Shown: positions 9,276 to 18,113 of the stretch, piece by piece
Position numbering within the stretch: the stretch's first letter is position 1
Layout: every line of letters starts with the position of its first letter
Assembly: GCA_963806855.1 (NCBI GenBank)
Contig: CAWDYW010000001.1
Location: 224,001-288,000 of the forward strand
Length of the DNA stretch: 64,000 nt
Direction of reading: 5' to 3'
Origin: an uncultured Verrucomicrobiae bacterium
GTDB lineage: Bacteria; Chlamydiota; Chlamydiia; Chlamydiales; Rhabdochlamydiaceae
The notes under the pieces: generated by a model
What the model saw: only the letters and a program-made list of their open reading frames with translations
Told to the model about the DNA's origin: nothing
Databases searched by the model: none
Position numbers and translations under genes: made by a program

Positions 9276-10026
9276 TCGATTCCCACGCCCATCTAACCAG
9301 CGAGGCTGTTCTTCCTATCATCGACGCCGTCATCCAGCGGGCGAATCTCGTTGGAGTGGAGAAGATCGTCAATATTTGCACCGATGAAAAGTCGCTCAAA
9401 GAGGGGCTGCACCTCGCGAAACGACACAAAGGGATCTACAACACTGCAGCGACGACACCCCACGATGTCGAAACAGAAGGGGCCCATTTTTCCCCCTCGT
9501 CGAAGCTGCCGCAGCCCAACTCGTTGCAATCGGCGAGACAGGCTTAGACTACTTCTACGAGCACTCTCCCAAAAAACTGCAGCAGCACTACTTGAGCCGC
9601 TATTTCGAACTGGCCCGCAAAGTCAATCTGCCCGTGGTGTTTCATTGCCGCGATGCCTTCGAAGACCTATTTGCCATGGCCGATCAAGAGTACCGCGACC
9701 GCCCCGCCCTCCTCCATTGCTTTACAGGGACAATCGATGAGGCGCGCAGCTGCTTGGATCGAGGGTGGTTCATCTCATTCTCAGGGATCATCACCTTCAA
9801 AAAGTCTGAAGCCTTGCGCGAAGTGGTGAAATTTGTCCCGCTCGACCGAATATTTGTCGAAACCGATACTCCCTATCTCGCCCCCCAATCGCATCGTGGG
9901 GAGCAAAACGAGCCGGCCTTCGTCATCGAAACAGCCGCGAAAGTCGCCGAGCTAAAGGGAACTTCACTTGAGATGGTCGAGAAGGTGACGAGTCAAAATA
10001 TCTCAGGATTTTTCAATCTGAAGTAA
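9272..10026 (+). CDS. tatD: TatD-family DNase, one frameshift near 9487-9497
   Basis: MIDSHAHL...TPH, then in a shifted frame AIGETGLDYFY...FHCR...LLHCF...ETDTPYLAP. The shift lies in a T/C homopolymer. Confidence 0.88.
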
Positions 10027-10073
10027 TTAAGGAGTAATGAGTTAGGCAAAAATTATATTCGCCTTATTTACAA

Positions 10074-10113
10074 CTACCACTATCGGTGGTAATATTACCA
10101 CTAAAGGTGGTAG
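10074..10113. promoter_or_regulatory. Double inverted-repeat operator upstream of the wHTH gene
   Basis: TACCAC-tatcg-GTGGTA and TACCAC-taaag-GTGGTA separated by ATAT. Confidence 0.65.
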
Positions 10114-10115
10114 AT

Positions 10116-10451
10116 ATGTTTGAGCAATTATTTGGTAGCCAAATCGTTGAGAAGGTCCTGTTTTATATGATTGTGAATGAAAGATGTTTTGCTTCTGAGT
10201 TGAGGGCGAGTTTTAATATTCCAATCTTTGGAATACAGAGGGCTCTTACCCGGTTAGAAAATCAAGGCATTCTCGTTAGCATTGTTGAGGGTAAGAACAG
10301 AATCTACTTGTGGAATCCAAGATATCCTTTTTTGGAAGAGTTTAAAAAATTTATTCAGAAAGCATATTCTTCTCTACCAGATGAAATGAAGAAGAAGTTT
10401 TATGAACGACCTATACGAAAGCGTCCAAGGAAAAAAGGCAAGCCATTATGA
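10116..10451 (+). CDS. Winged-helix DNA-binding protein (antitoxin/regulator-like)
   Basis: MFEQLFGSQ...IQRALTRLENQGILVS..EGKNRIYLWN wHTH signature. Confidence 0.7.
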   Translation: MFEQLFGSQIVEKVLFYMIVNERCFASELRASFNIPIFGIQRALTRLENQGILVSIVEGKNRIYLWNPRYPFLEEFKKFIQKAYSSLPDEMKKKFYERPIRKRPRKKGKPL

Positions 10452-11002
10452 ATGAAAAAATAGATTGGGCTCATATTGAAACAAAAGAACTTGCTGGATT
10501 GATTTGTCAACACTTTAAAAATGATGGTATTGAAGCAGTTTTGGTTGGTGGCTCATGTGTTACGATTTACTCAAATAATCGATATGTTTCTCAGGATTTA
10601 GATTACATCAGTTATCAAGACTATAAAGAGATCAAGATCTCACTGGAAAAAATTGATTTTTTTGAAAGAGGAAATCATTTTGAACATGCTGAATGTCCAT
10701 TTTTAATAGATTTTGTGAAAGAGCCTGTGGCTATTGGCAAAGAGATCATTAAAAATTTTGAAGAGATGCTTACAAGATATGGGACTTTTAAATTGCTAAA
10801 AGCTGACGATTGTGTTAGAGATCGATTGGCAAGTTTTTATTATTGGGACGATAGACAAGGATTAGAACAGGCGATCAATGTCTGTTTAGATCGAAAGATT
10901 GATATGGAAGGAATTCAGAAGTGGTCAAAAAGAGAAGGTTTTGAAAAGAAATTTTTGATATTTGTTGATGAACTAACTAAGCACTTAGTTTTGAGAGATT
11001 AG
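10448..11002 (+). CDS. Pol-beta-like nucleotidyltransferase-fold protein (putative toxin)
   Basis: AVLVGGSC...SQDLDYI (GG..DxD) motif, ATGA-coupled to the wHTH gene, AT-rich. Confidence 0.6.
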   Translation: MNEKIDWAHIETKELAGLICQHFKNDGIEAVLVGGSCVTIYSNNRYVSQDLDYISYQDYKEIKISLEKIDFFERGNHFEHAECPFLIDFVKEPVAIGKEIIKNFEEMLTRYGTFKLLKADDCVRDRLASFYYWDDRQGLEQAINVCLDRKIDMEGIQKWSKREGFEKKFLIFVDELTKHLVLRD

Positions 11003-11058
11003 GATTTACTTACTGAGGGGCATGGGTGAACTTGTAAAAGTAAATGAGATTACAGTAT

Positions 11059-11670
11059 TTATGGTCTATTAAAAACGCCATATCGCATCGTCCCATCTGG
11101 CAAAATAGCAGCTTCAAGAGTAGTGCCATTTTTGCTTTGATATACATTAAGCTCTTGTTGCCGGATGCAATCTGTATTTCCAAAATGTTTCTCGATTGCA
11201 CTACGAACATCCGATAATAAGCTCCCATTGGAAGTGACTTGATCCTCTCCTATGATAAAAAGATAGGTATGAGATGTCGGGTATTTAGAAATAACTCTAC
11301 CAATATAACCTCTCATATCATTGATGCCTTCTTCTGTTTCTTCACTATAAGAAAAACAATTCAAAGCTATATTTGCTATTTGATTTGTTTTAGGATTTAA
11401 TACGATGGCACCAACAGCAATTTCCTTGCTGCTGAGAAGGGCCGAACAACCTCTTTGTAAATTATTCGGATCCCTATAGAGAGTTGATCCTTGGTAAAGC
11501 CAATCCTTACCTAATCTATAGGGGCCGACATATTGAAACCCATTAAGGGTTAAAGGTACAGTTACTTGAAGATCGAGGGGTTTGTTAAAATTCGCTGCAG
11601 CTAGCATTTGATGTGTCCTCCAAAATTGAAGCAGCACCATACCATAGGTCTTAGATTGCATTCCAGTCAT
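11059..11670 (-). CDS. Hypothetical protein (AT-rich)
   Basis: 203-aa ORF filling the accessory gap, no recognised motif, start uncertain. Confidence 0.5.
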   Translation of the reverse strand: MTGMQSKTYGMVLLQFWRTHQMLAAANFNKPLDLQVTVPLTLNGFQYVGPYRLGKDWLYQGSTLYRDPNNLQRGCSALLSSKEIAVGAIVLNPKTNQIANIALNCFSYSEETEEGINDMRGYIGRVISKYPTSHTYLFIIGEDQVTSNGSLLSDVRSAIEKHFGNTDCIRQQELNVYQSKNGTTLEAAILPDGTMRYGVFNRP

Positions 11671-11740
11671 ATAGTGTAATCACTGTCAATGAAACTTGAA
11701 TTGATCTAAAATTTATTGTACATTGCAGCGTGAGGTGCAT

Positions 11741-12730
11741 ATGACAGCAAGAATCGATCCCATTCCTAGGGCATTTATTTGGCGGCGAATCCACTCGCTT
11801 ACCGGTCTTTGGTTTGTCCTTTTTTTAATTGAGCATTTGATCACCAATTCGCAGGCGGCGCTCCTTCTTGGAGAGAGTGGTCAGGGATTTGTCAGGGCAG
11901 TCAACTTCATCCACAATTTGCCCTATCTAACTGTGATTGAAGTGGGATTGCTTGGCGTCCCGATCCTCATCCACGTGCTTTGGGGAGTCAAATATGCACT
12001 GACCTCTGCGCCCAATTCAGGACACAGCGATGGGAGCCTTCCGCAACTGAAATATAGCCGCAACAGAGCCTATACGTGGCAGCGGATCACGGCGTGGTTG
12101 TTGATTCCGTTACTGGCGATGCACATCATCAAATTTCGATTCTTGGAATATCCTGAAGAGGTCAATGTCGGCTCGGTGCCAAGCTTTATGCATGTGGTGA
12201 GTCTCGATCCGGGGCTCTATACGGTCGCCGATCGGCTCAATGTGAAATTGCTGGACGAGAAAATGATTCAAAAAATGGTGGGGGAGCATCGCTCGCAGAC
12301 CCCGTTGCTTGAAGCGGAGAGAGAGATTCGGCAGAAGAATGAGCAGAGTTTCAGTTCGCAAGATGAGACGATTTTGCAGGCTGCGCAGCATCATCAAGAG
12401 CAGATGAAATATGTGCAGGCGCTGGAAAAAATGCATTTGAAGGCGGGTCAGGTGGTGGCAGTTGCGCCGACGTTTGGGACGATTTCGCTGCTCGGTGTGC
12501 GCGATACATTTAAGAGTCCGATGTGGGTGGCGGTTTACACGCTGTTTGTGATCAGCGCCTGTTTTCATGCGTTTAACGGTCTGTGGACGTCGATTGTCTC
12601 CTGGGGCTGGGTGATTCGAGCCGCAGCGCAGGCGGGCGCGCGCAAAGTGGCTTATGTGTTGATGGTGATCATTGGGCTTTTGGGACTGATTGCAGTTTGG
12701 GGCACCTATTTTTTTAATTTAAAATATTAG
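11741..12730 (+). CDS. sdhC: Succinate dehydrogenase cytochrome b558 subunit
   Basis: RRIHSLTG, EHL, IH, QRITA, FHAFNGLW heme-ligand motifs, precedes sdhA. Confidence 0.92.
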   Translation: MTARIDPIPRAFIWRRIHSLTGLWFVLFLIEHLITNSQAALLLGESGQGFVRAVNFIHNLPYLTVIEVGLLGVPILIHVLWGVKYALTSAPNSGHSDGSLPQLKYSRNRAYTWQRITAWLLIPLLAMHIIKFRFLEYPEEVNVGSVPSFMHVVSLDPGLYTVADRLNVKLLDEKMIQKMVGEHRSQTPLLEAEREIRQKNEQSFSSQDETILQAAQHHQEQMKYVQALEKMHLKAGQVVAVAPTFGTISLLGVRDTFKSPMWVAVYTLFVISACFHAFNGLWTSIVSWGWVIRAAAQAGARKVAYVLMVIIGLLGLIAVWGTYFFNLKY

Positions 12731-12736
12731 AGATAG

Positions 12737-14620
12737 ATGATGGCGAAGAAGAAAAAAGAAGTGATTGTAGTTGGAGGGGGTCTGGCCGGTCTTGCTGCCG
12801 TGATGAAGCTTGCTGAAGAGGGATGCCACGTGAAGATCTTTTCAGTGACGAAGGTCAAGCGGTCTCACTCGGTCTGCGCGCAAGGGGGGATCAACGCGGC
12901 CATCAACATGAAAAACGAAGATGATTCTCCGATTATCCATGCGTACGACACGATCAAGGGGGGAGATTTTCTTGCCGATCAGCCGCCGATTCTCGAGATG
13001 GGCCTCGCAGCTCCTGGCATTATCCGGATGATGGACCGGTTTGGCTGCCCATTTAATCGGACAACAGAGGGAAATCTCGATTTCCGCCGCTTTGGGGGGA
13101 CCCTTTACAACCGGACCGCGTTTTGCGGTGCTTCGACAGGCCAGCAGCTTCTCTATGCGCTCGATGAGCAGGTGCGTCGCTATGAGGTGAAGGGGCTCGT
13201 TGAAAAATTTGAGTATCACGAGTTCATGCGCCTCGTTATGGATGATGAAGGGGTGACGCGCGGCATCGTCTATATGGATCTGTTGACGATGCAGCTGCAT
13301 GAGATGAAGGGCGATGCCGTTGTCTTTGCGACAGGCGGCCCTGGGCTCATTTTCAAGAAATCGACCAATTCAACTTTCTGCACAGGGGCTGCGAAGGGAA
13401 GGCTCTACATGCAGGGGATGCAGTATGCCAACGGAGAATTCATCCAAATCCATCCCACAGCCATTCCTGGCCAAGATAAATTGCGGCTGATTTCCGAATC
13501 GGTCCGCGGCGAAGGGGGGCGCATGTGGGTATATGGCGATTCTTCGAAAAAGATCATGTCACCAGACGGAAAAGAGATTCCCTGTGGGCAGACGGGAGAG
13601 CCGTGGTATTTCCTTGAGGAGCTCTATCCCTCTTTCGGCAATTTGGTTCCCCGCGATATTGGCGCTAGGGAGGTGCTGCGGGTATGTGAAATGGGGCTCG
13701 GGGTCGATGGAAAAAATCAGGTTTATCTCGACGTGACGCACCTTAAACCCGAAGTGTGGCACAAGCTTGAGTCAGTGCTCGATATCTACCAAAAATTCAC
13801 CGGCGAAGATCCGCGCAAAGTGCCGATGAAGATCTTCCCTGCCGTCCACTACTCGATGGGAGGAGCCTGGTGCGACTGGCCGGCGGTCGATGATCCCGAT
13901 CGAGCGACTAGATTTCGCCATATGACCAATCTCCGCGGTTGCTTTACCGTCGGGGAGTCCGAGTTCCAATATCATGGAGCCAATCGCCTGGGGGCCAACG
14001 CGCTACTCGCCTGCATTTTCTCGGGACTTGTCGCAGGTGTCGAAGTGCCCCGCTATCTCGATTCATTGAAAGAAAAAGAGATCCCCGAATCTGTCTATAA
14101 AAAAGCTGTATCCATAGAAGAGGCCTTCAAGCAAGATCTGCTGAGCCGAAATGGCAAAGAGAATATCCATGAGCTGCATGATGAGATGGCCGATTATATG
14201 ATCCGCTATGTGACGGTAAAGCGGGACAATGAAGGGCTGCAAAAGACCTTAGACAAACTCAAAGAGATCCGCGAGCGGTACAAGAATATTTCCCTCGATG
14301 ACAAGGGCAATCTGATGAATCAAACCTACACATTTGCCAACCAGTTCCGCTACATGCTCGAACTCGCCCTCGTCATGACCAAGGGGGCGCTCTTGCGTAA
14401 CGAATTCCGCGGCTCCCATTATAAGCCCGAATTCCCCGAAAGAGATGATGCCAATTGGCTGAAACATACCATCGCCACCTACGCTCCTGACGAACCGATC
14501 ATCACCTACAAATCCGTTGACCTGCGGCACCTCGATCCGATTCTGCGCGATTATGCCCATGCGAAGAGATTCAAGCCCACATTGAAAAATGTTCCCGAAA
14601 ACATTGTTCTTCCATTATAG
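12737..14620 (+). CDS. sdhA: Succinate dehydrogenase flavoprotein
   Basis: GGGLAG, RSHSVCAQGGIN FAD-binding His, HYSMGG, HGANRLGAN. Confidence 0.97.
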   Translation: MMAKKKKEVIVVGGGLAGLAAVMKLAEEGCHVKIFSVTKVKRSHSVCAQGGINAAINMKNEDDSPIIHAYDTIKGGDFLADQPPILEMGLAAPGIIRMMDRFGCPFNRTTEGNLDFRRFGGTLYNRTAFCGASTGQQLLYALDEQVRRYEVKGLVEKFEYHEFMRLVMDDEGVTRGIVYMDLLTMQLHEMKGDAVVFATGGPGLIFKKSTNSTFCTGAAKGRLYMQGMQYANGEFIQIHPTAIPGQDKLRLISESVRGEGGRMWVYGDSSKKIMSPDGKEIPCGQTGEPWYFLEELYPSFGNLVPRDIGAREVLRVCEMGLGVDGKNQVYLDVTHLKPEVWHKLESVLDIYQKFTGEDPRKVPMKIFPAVHYSMGGAWCDWPAVDDPDRATRFRHMTNLRGCFTVGESEFQYHGANRLGANALLACIFSGLVAGVEVPRYLDSLKEKEIPESVYKKAVSIEEAFKQDLLSRNGKENIHELHDEMADYMIRYVTVKRDNEGLQKTLDKLKEIRERYKNISLDDKGNLMNQTYTFANQFRYMLELALVMTKGALLRNEFRGSHYKPEFPERDDANWLKHTIATYAPDEPIITYKSVDLRHLDPILRDYAHAKRFKPTLKNVPENIVLPL

Positions 14621-14627
14621 AGAAGGT

Positions 14628-15392
14628 ATGGCAAAGAAGTTTACCCTAAAAATCTACCGCGGCACTCCAGGCAACCAATATTGGGAAGAGTTTGAGCTCG
14701 AACTAAAACCCTTCTACAATATCACCTCGGCCCTCATGGATGTCCAGAAAAACCCGATCAACAAAAAGGGAGAGCGAGTCACACCGGTCGCTTGGGAGCA
14801 AGGATGTCTCGAAGTGATCTGTGGATCGTGCTCGATGCTGGTCAATAGCCGGCCCGTGCAAGCCTGTGTCATGCTGGTCGAAAAAATCCTTAAAGCGACC
14901 GGCAGCGACACCATCACCCTCGCCCCTTTCACCTATTTCCCGCTCATCAAAGATCTGGTGGTCAATCGCGATTCGATGTTCGATAATCTCAAAAAGATTT
15001 CAGCTTGGATCGAAGTGGACAACGCTCTCGACAAGGGATTCGGCCCTAAAATCGATCCCAAAGTGCAAGAGGAGCGTTATGTCCTCTCTACCTGCATCAC
15101 CTGCGGCTGCTGTACCGAAGCCTGTCCGCAGATGAATCCCCGCTCGAAATTCATTGGCCCTGCCGCGATTTCCCAAGTGCGCCTCTTCAACGCCCATCCA
15201 GTCGGCGAGTTGACGGCGAAAGAGCGGATCCAACCTCTCATGGAAGAGGGCGGCGTCTCCGATTGCGGCGATGCCCAAAACTGTGTAGCAGTATGCCCCA
15301 AAGAGATCCCTCTAACCGAGTCGATCGCTCTCATGAGCCGCAAAACCGTTGCCCAAGCCTTGCGCAACGCCATCAAGACAGAAGACGCTTAA
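14628..15392 (+). CDS. sdhB: Succinate dehydrogenase iron-sulfur subunit
   Basis: CLEVICGSC, CITCGCCTEACP, CGDAQNCVAVCP clusters. Confidence 0.96.
   Translation: MAKKFTLKIYRGTPGNQYWEEFELELKPFYNITSALMDVQKNPINKKGERVTPVAWEQGCLEVICGSCSMLVNSRPVQACVMLVEKILKATGSDTITLAPFTYFPLIKDLVVNRDSMFDNLKKISAWIEVDNALDKGFGPKIDPKVQEERYVLSTCITCGCCTEACPQMNPRSKFIGPAAISQVRLFNAHPVGELTAKERIQPLMEEGGVSDCGDAQNCVAVCPKEIPLTESIALMSRKTVAQALRNAIKTEDA
15362..15392 (+). repeat. sdhB 3'-end repeat, copy 1 (native gene end)
   Basis: gcgcaacgccatcaagacagaagacgcttaa. Confidence 0.95.
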
Positions 15393-15509
15393 AAAAAAGG
15401 GCTAACATTTATTCGAAGTCGATGTTATCATTTCCGGATATTTGATTCGGTGGGAATAAATCCATTGATCATTAATTCATATGTAAATTTTTTAACAGGA
15501 GTTCAATAT

Positions 15510-16184
15510 ATGTCAGGTTCGGTAGGTGGTATTGGAATATTTAATCCATGGGATAATTCTGCAGGTGATGCGGAAAGATATAGACAAGTCGAACAATTAA
15601 AAGAAAATTATATGACAGCGTTATGCAATCAATCTGATAATCATGGTTCTAATTTTCATATTAATTCAAGTTCTCTGAGTGTTGAGGTTTGTCAGGCGCT
15701 TTGTATAAATTTGGATCATATATTTACAGACCTTTGCTCAAATCAGCATCGTACTAGGATTATAGAGTCGCTTTTAATAAAAGTTCCACAAGAGCAGTGG
15801 AGCGTTCTAATGAAACAAGTCTGTTTTATTATGCCTAAAGGCACGCAAGGCCATGATGTAATGTGGGCTACTGAAATTCTTGCGGCGATTGCAGATCCTT
15901 CTGAGCGTGAACAAGTGGTAAACACTGCCCATGGTCTATTTACATATAATGCTTCGACCTGTGAACGGGGCTATATTTTAGAAGCTGTAAAGAACCTCCC
16001 TCCAGATGAAATCAAACGTTTATATGGTGCTGATAAAGAGGAGCGGACAAAATTTGTAAATGGCTGTTTACCAAGTGTGGATTTTAGAGAAGGATTTAAA
16101 GTCGTGGGCATTATGGATCCCTGTCAAAAAAAATGGGTTAAATTGGAAGAAGACGATAATGGAGCAGTAAGAATTATTAAGTGA
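15510..16184 (+). CDS. Hypothetical helical protein, cassette 1 (224 aa)
   Basis: AGGAG RBS, paralog of 16388..16834. Confidence 0.75.
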   Translation: MSGSVGGIGIFNPWDNSAGDAERYRQVEQLKENYMTALCNQSDNHGSNFHINSSSLSVEVCQALCINLDHIFTDLCSNQHRTRIIESLLIKVPQEQWSVLMKQVCFIMPKGTQGHDVMWATEILAAIADPSEREQVVNTAHGLFTYNASTCERGYILEAVKNLPPDEIKRLYGADKEERTKFVNGCLPSVDFREGFKVVGIMDPCQKKWVKLEEDDNGAVRIIK

Positions 16185-16196
16185 TCCAGTACTGTG

Positions 16197-16268
16197 TTAT
16201 TGAGCTTGCCTTGAATTCGACAGCAAAGATACGCAGAGCGCAACGTCATCAAGACAGAAGACGTTTAA
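16197..16268 (+). repeat. sdhB 3'-end repeat, copy 2 (16238-16268), with upstream shared tail
   Basis: gcgcaacgtcatcaagacagaagacgtttaa (29/31 to copy 1). The upstream ttattgagcttgccttgaattcgacagcaaagatacgcaga resembles 18114-18155. Confidence 0.92.
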
Positions 16269-16387
16269 TCTCAAAAAGGACTGACAATTTAATCCAATTT
16301 ATTGTTATCCTTTGCGGATATTTGATTCGTTTGGAATAAATCCATTGGTCAGTAATTCGTGTGTAAATTTTAACAGGAGATCAAAAT

Positions 16388-16834
16388 ATGTCGGGCTCAG
16401 TAGGTGGCATTGGAACACATAATCCATGGGGTAATTCTGCAGGTGATGCGGAAAGAAATTTGGACCAGATAATTACAGATCGTTGCTTAAATGAGCATCG
16501 TACTAGGATTATAAGCCTGCTTCTAAATGTTCCGCAAGAGCAGCGGAGCGTTCTAATGAAACAAGTCTGTTTTATTATGCCTAAAGGCGCGCAAGGCCAT
16601 GATGTAGTGTGGGCTACTGAAATTCTTGCGTCGATTGAAGATCCTTCTGAGCGTGAACAAGTGGTAAACACTGCCCATGGTCTATTTACATATAATACTT
16701 CGATCGGCGATCGGGTCTATATTTTAGAAGCTGTAAAGAAGCTTCCTCCAGATGAGATCAAACGTTTATATTGTGCTGATAAAGAGGACCGGACAAAATT
16801 TGTGACAGGCTGTTTACCCAGGTGGGGATATTAG
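16388..16834 (+). CDS. Hypothetical protein, cassette 2 (shortened paralog of cassette 1)
   Basis: MSGSVGGIG...VLMKQVCFIMPKG...DPSEREQVVNTAHGLFTYN near-identical to cassette 1, with a 43-aa internal deletion and an early stop. Confidence 0.7.
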   Translation: MSGSVGGIGTHNPWGNSAGDAERNLDQIITDRCLNEHRTRIISLLLNVPQEQRSVLMKQVCFIMPKGAQGHDVVWATEILASIEDPSEREQVVNTAHGLFTYNTSIGDRVYILEAVKKLPPDEIKRLYCADKEDRTKFVTGCLPRWGY

Positions 16835-16877
16835 ATAAGGATTTAAAGTCGTGGACTTTATACCCAAGATGACTCAA

Positions 16878-16921
16878 AAGTTGGCCGATAGGCGGGATTG
16901 AAAGCGCCTATCGGCCAACTT
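16878..16921. repeat. Perfect 17-bp hairpin
   Basis: AAGTTGGCCGATAGGCG-ggattgaaag-CGCCTATCGGCCAACTT. Confidence 0.9.
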
Positions 16922-16951
16922 AACCCATGTTTTTTGACAGGGATCCAAATA

Positions 16952-17033
16952 CCAAAGAGAGCCCTCTAACTGAGTCGATCGCACTCATGAGCCGCACAAC
17001 CGTCGGCGAAGCCTCAAGACAGAAGACGCTTAA
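16952..17033 (+). repeat. sdhB 3'-end repeat, copy 3 (long copy of 15298-15392 with a 13-nt deletion)
   Basis: ccaaagagagccctctaactgagtcgatcgcactcatgagccgcacaaccgtcggcgaagcc-tcaagacagaagacgcttaa. Confidence 0.93.
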
Positions 17034-17061
17034 TCTCGTAAAAGCGCAGTATAATTTTGAA

Positions 17062-17090
17062 TTGCTAATAAATTTGCGGTTTGATAAAAT
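17062..17090 (+). promoter_or_regulatory. Putative sigma70/sigma66-type promoter of cassette 3
   Basis: TTGCTA-17nt-TAAAAT, 18 nt upstream of ATG 17109. Confidence 0.4.
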
Positions 17091-17108
17091 ATATGTTAAT
17101 TAACTAAA

Positions 17109-18113
17109 ATGTTTTCTAATTTAATATCAAGCGAGCCAAGCTCTCAGACCCCCGCTACATTACAAATTGAAGAAGTACGTAATCGATTAAACGACTCTAT
17201 TTGTCAGAAAATGCAAGGGATTTGTGCAGACAATAAACGGCGTTTAGAAGAGTCCAAAACCAATGCTAGCCTGTTGGAGAAAGGGATCTTTTTTCCTCCA
17301 GAATATTATTATGCACTAAAAAGAGCTGGAGCAGAAAAACAAATTGAAGAATTAAGAAACTGTGATGCCTTTTTTCATGGGCATGTATCTTCAGATCATT
17401 TTGAGCCTGTTTTAAACGATAAAAGCATTACTGGAAAACAGCGCTTTTGTTTTACCCTTAAAAAAGGGGTTTGTCCGGCAGAAGCTTTAAGAACAATCGA
17501 AAAAGGTTTAAGTCTCATAGAATGCAAAGCCGTTTTTCACATTGTAGCCTACCAGGCGATTCAAGAGATTCTTGGAATAGATAAATTTTATCATCTCTTT
17601 AGTAGAGATTCATCAACACCTTTAGTTATTGGGTTACTGCGGCCTCAGAATCCTCTTTATCGGTTAATTGAAACATTAAATGAAACTAATCCTAATAAAT
17701 CGATGATAGAAAAGGGGGATCTGGTTTATTTTAGGAACCGCCCATTTTACCTTGAGAAACATGTGGATGGAATGGCGCAAGGATTCAATACGATTTGCAT
17801 CGATGATCGTTGGGGATCTCAAAAATTCGTTGCGCTGGGATTAGAGCCAAAAGGACTAGAAGAAAAAGGGATTATTCAAGTTCTCTTTGAAGAGCTGATT
17901 CAAGAGCCCGATCATTTAGATTATTTGTCAACTACGACAAAAGCAGCATTATGCAAAGACTTACAGGTAGAGAAATGGCTAATAAATCCTCAAGATTGTC
18001 ACGATCTTTCAAAATGGGACTGTACTCTTCTCTCAAGATTTGACGCAGAAAAAATCACAGCGCTAGCAAATAGCACTCTTGAAGAAGCTCGAAGGCTTCT
18101 CGATCAATGGTAA
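17109..18113 (+). CDS. Tgl-like (bacterial protein-glutamine gamma-glutamyltransferase) protein, cassette 3
   Basis: FTLKKGVCPAEALRTI, LIECKAVFHIVAYQAIQEILGIDKF, GDLVYFRN, QGFNTI, FVALGL resemble the motif series I recall for Bacillus Tgl. Confidence 0.6.
   Translation: MFSNLISSEPSSQTPATLQIEEVRNRLNDSICQKMQGICADNKRRLEESKTNASLLEKGIFFPPEYYYALKRAGAEKQIEELRNCDAFFHGHVSSDHFEPVLNDKSITGKQRFCFTLKKGVCPAEALRTIEKGLSLIECKAVFHIVAYQAIQEILGIDKFYHLFSRDSSTPLVIGLLRPQNPLYRLIETLNETNPNKSMIEKGDLVYFRNRPFYLEKHVDGMAQGFNTICIDDRWGSQKFVALGLEPKGLEEKGIIQVLFEELIQEPDHLDYLSTTTKAALCKDLQVEKWLINPQDCHDLSKWDCTLLSRFDAEKITALANSTLEEARRLLDQW

Noticed and set aside
9487..9497. Programmed frameshift or phase variation in tatD
   Set aside because: Short homopolymer in an assembly with other evident indel errors, so a sequencing error is more parsimonious
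12170..12500. Long hydrophilic insertion in SdhC as a novelty
   Set aside because: To my knowledge extended SdhC is usual in chlamydiae, and the frame and heme ligands are intact
15510..16834. Diversity-generating retroelement (TR/VR pair)
   Set aside because: Differences are not adenine-specific, the duplication spans the whole gene and upstream region, and there is no reverse transcriptase
16891..16904. GGATTGAAAG resembling a CRISPR repeat 3' end
   Set aside because: Single occurrence in a hairpin loop, with no repeat-spacer periodicity
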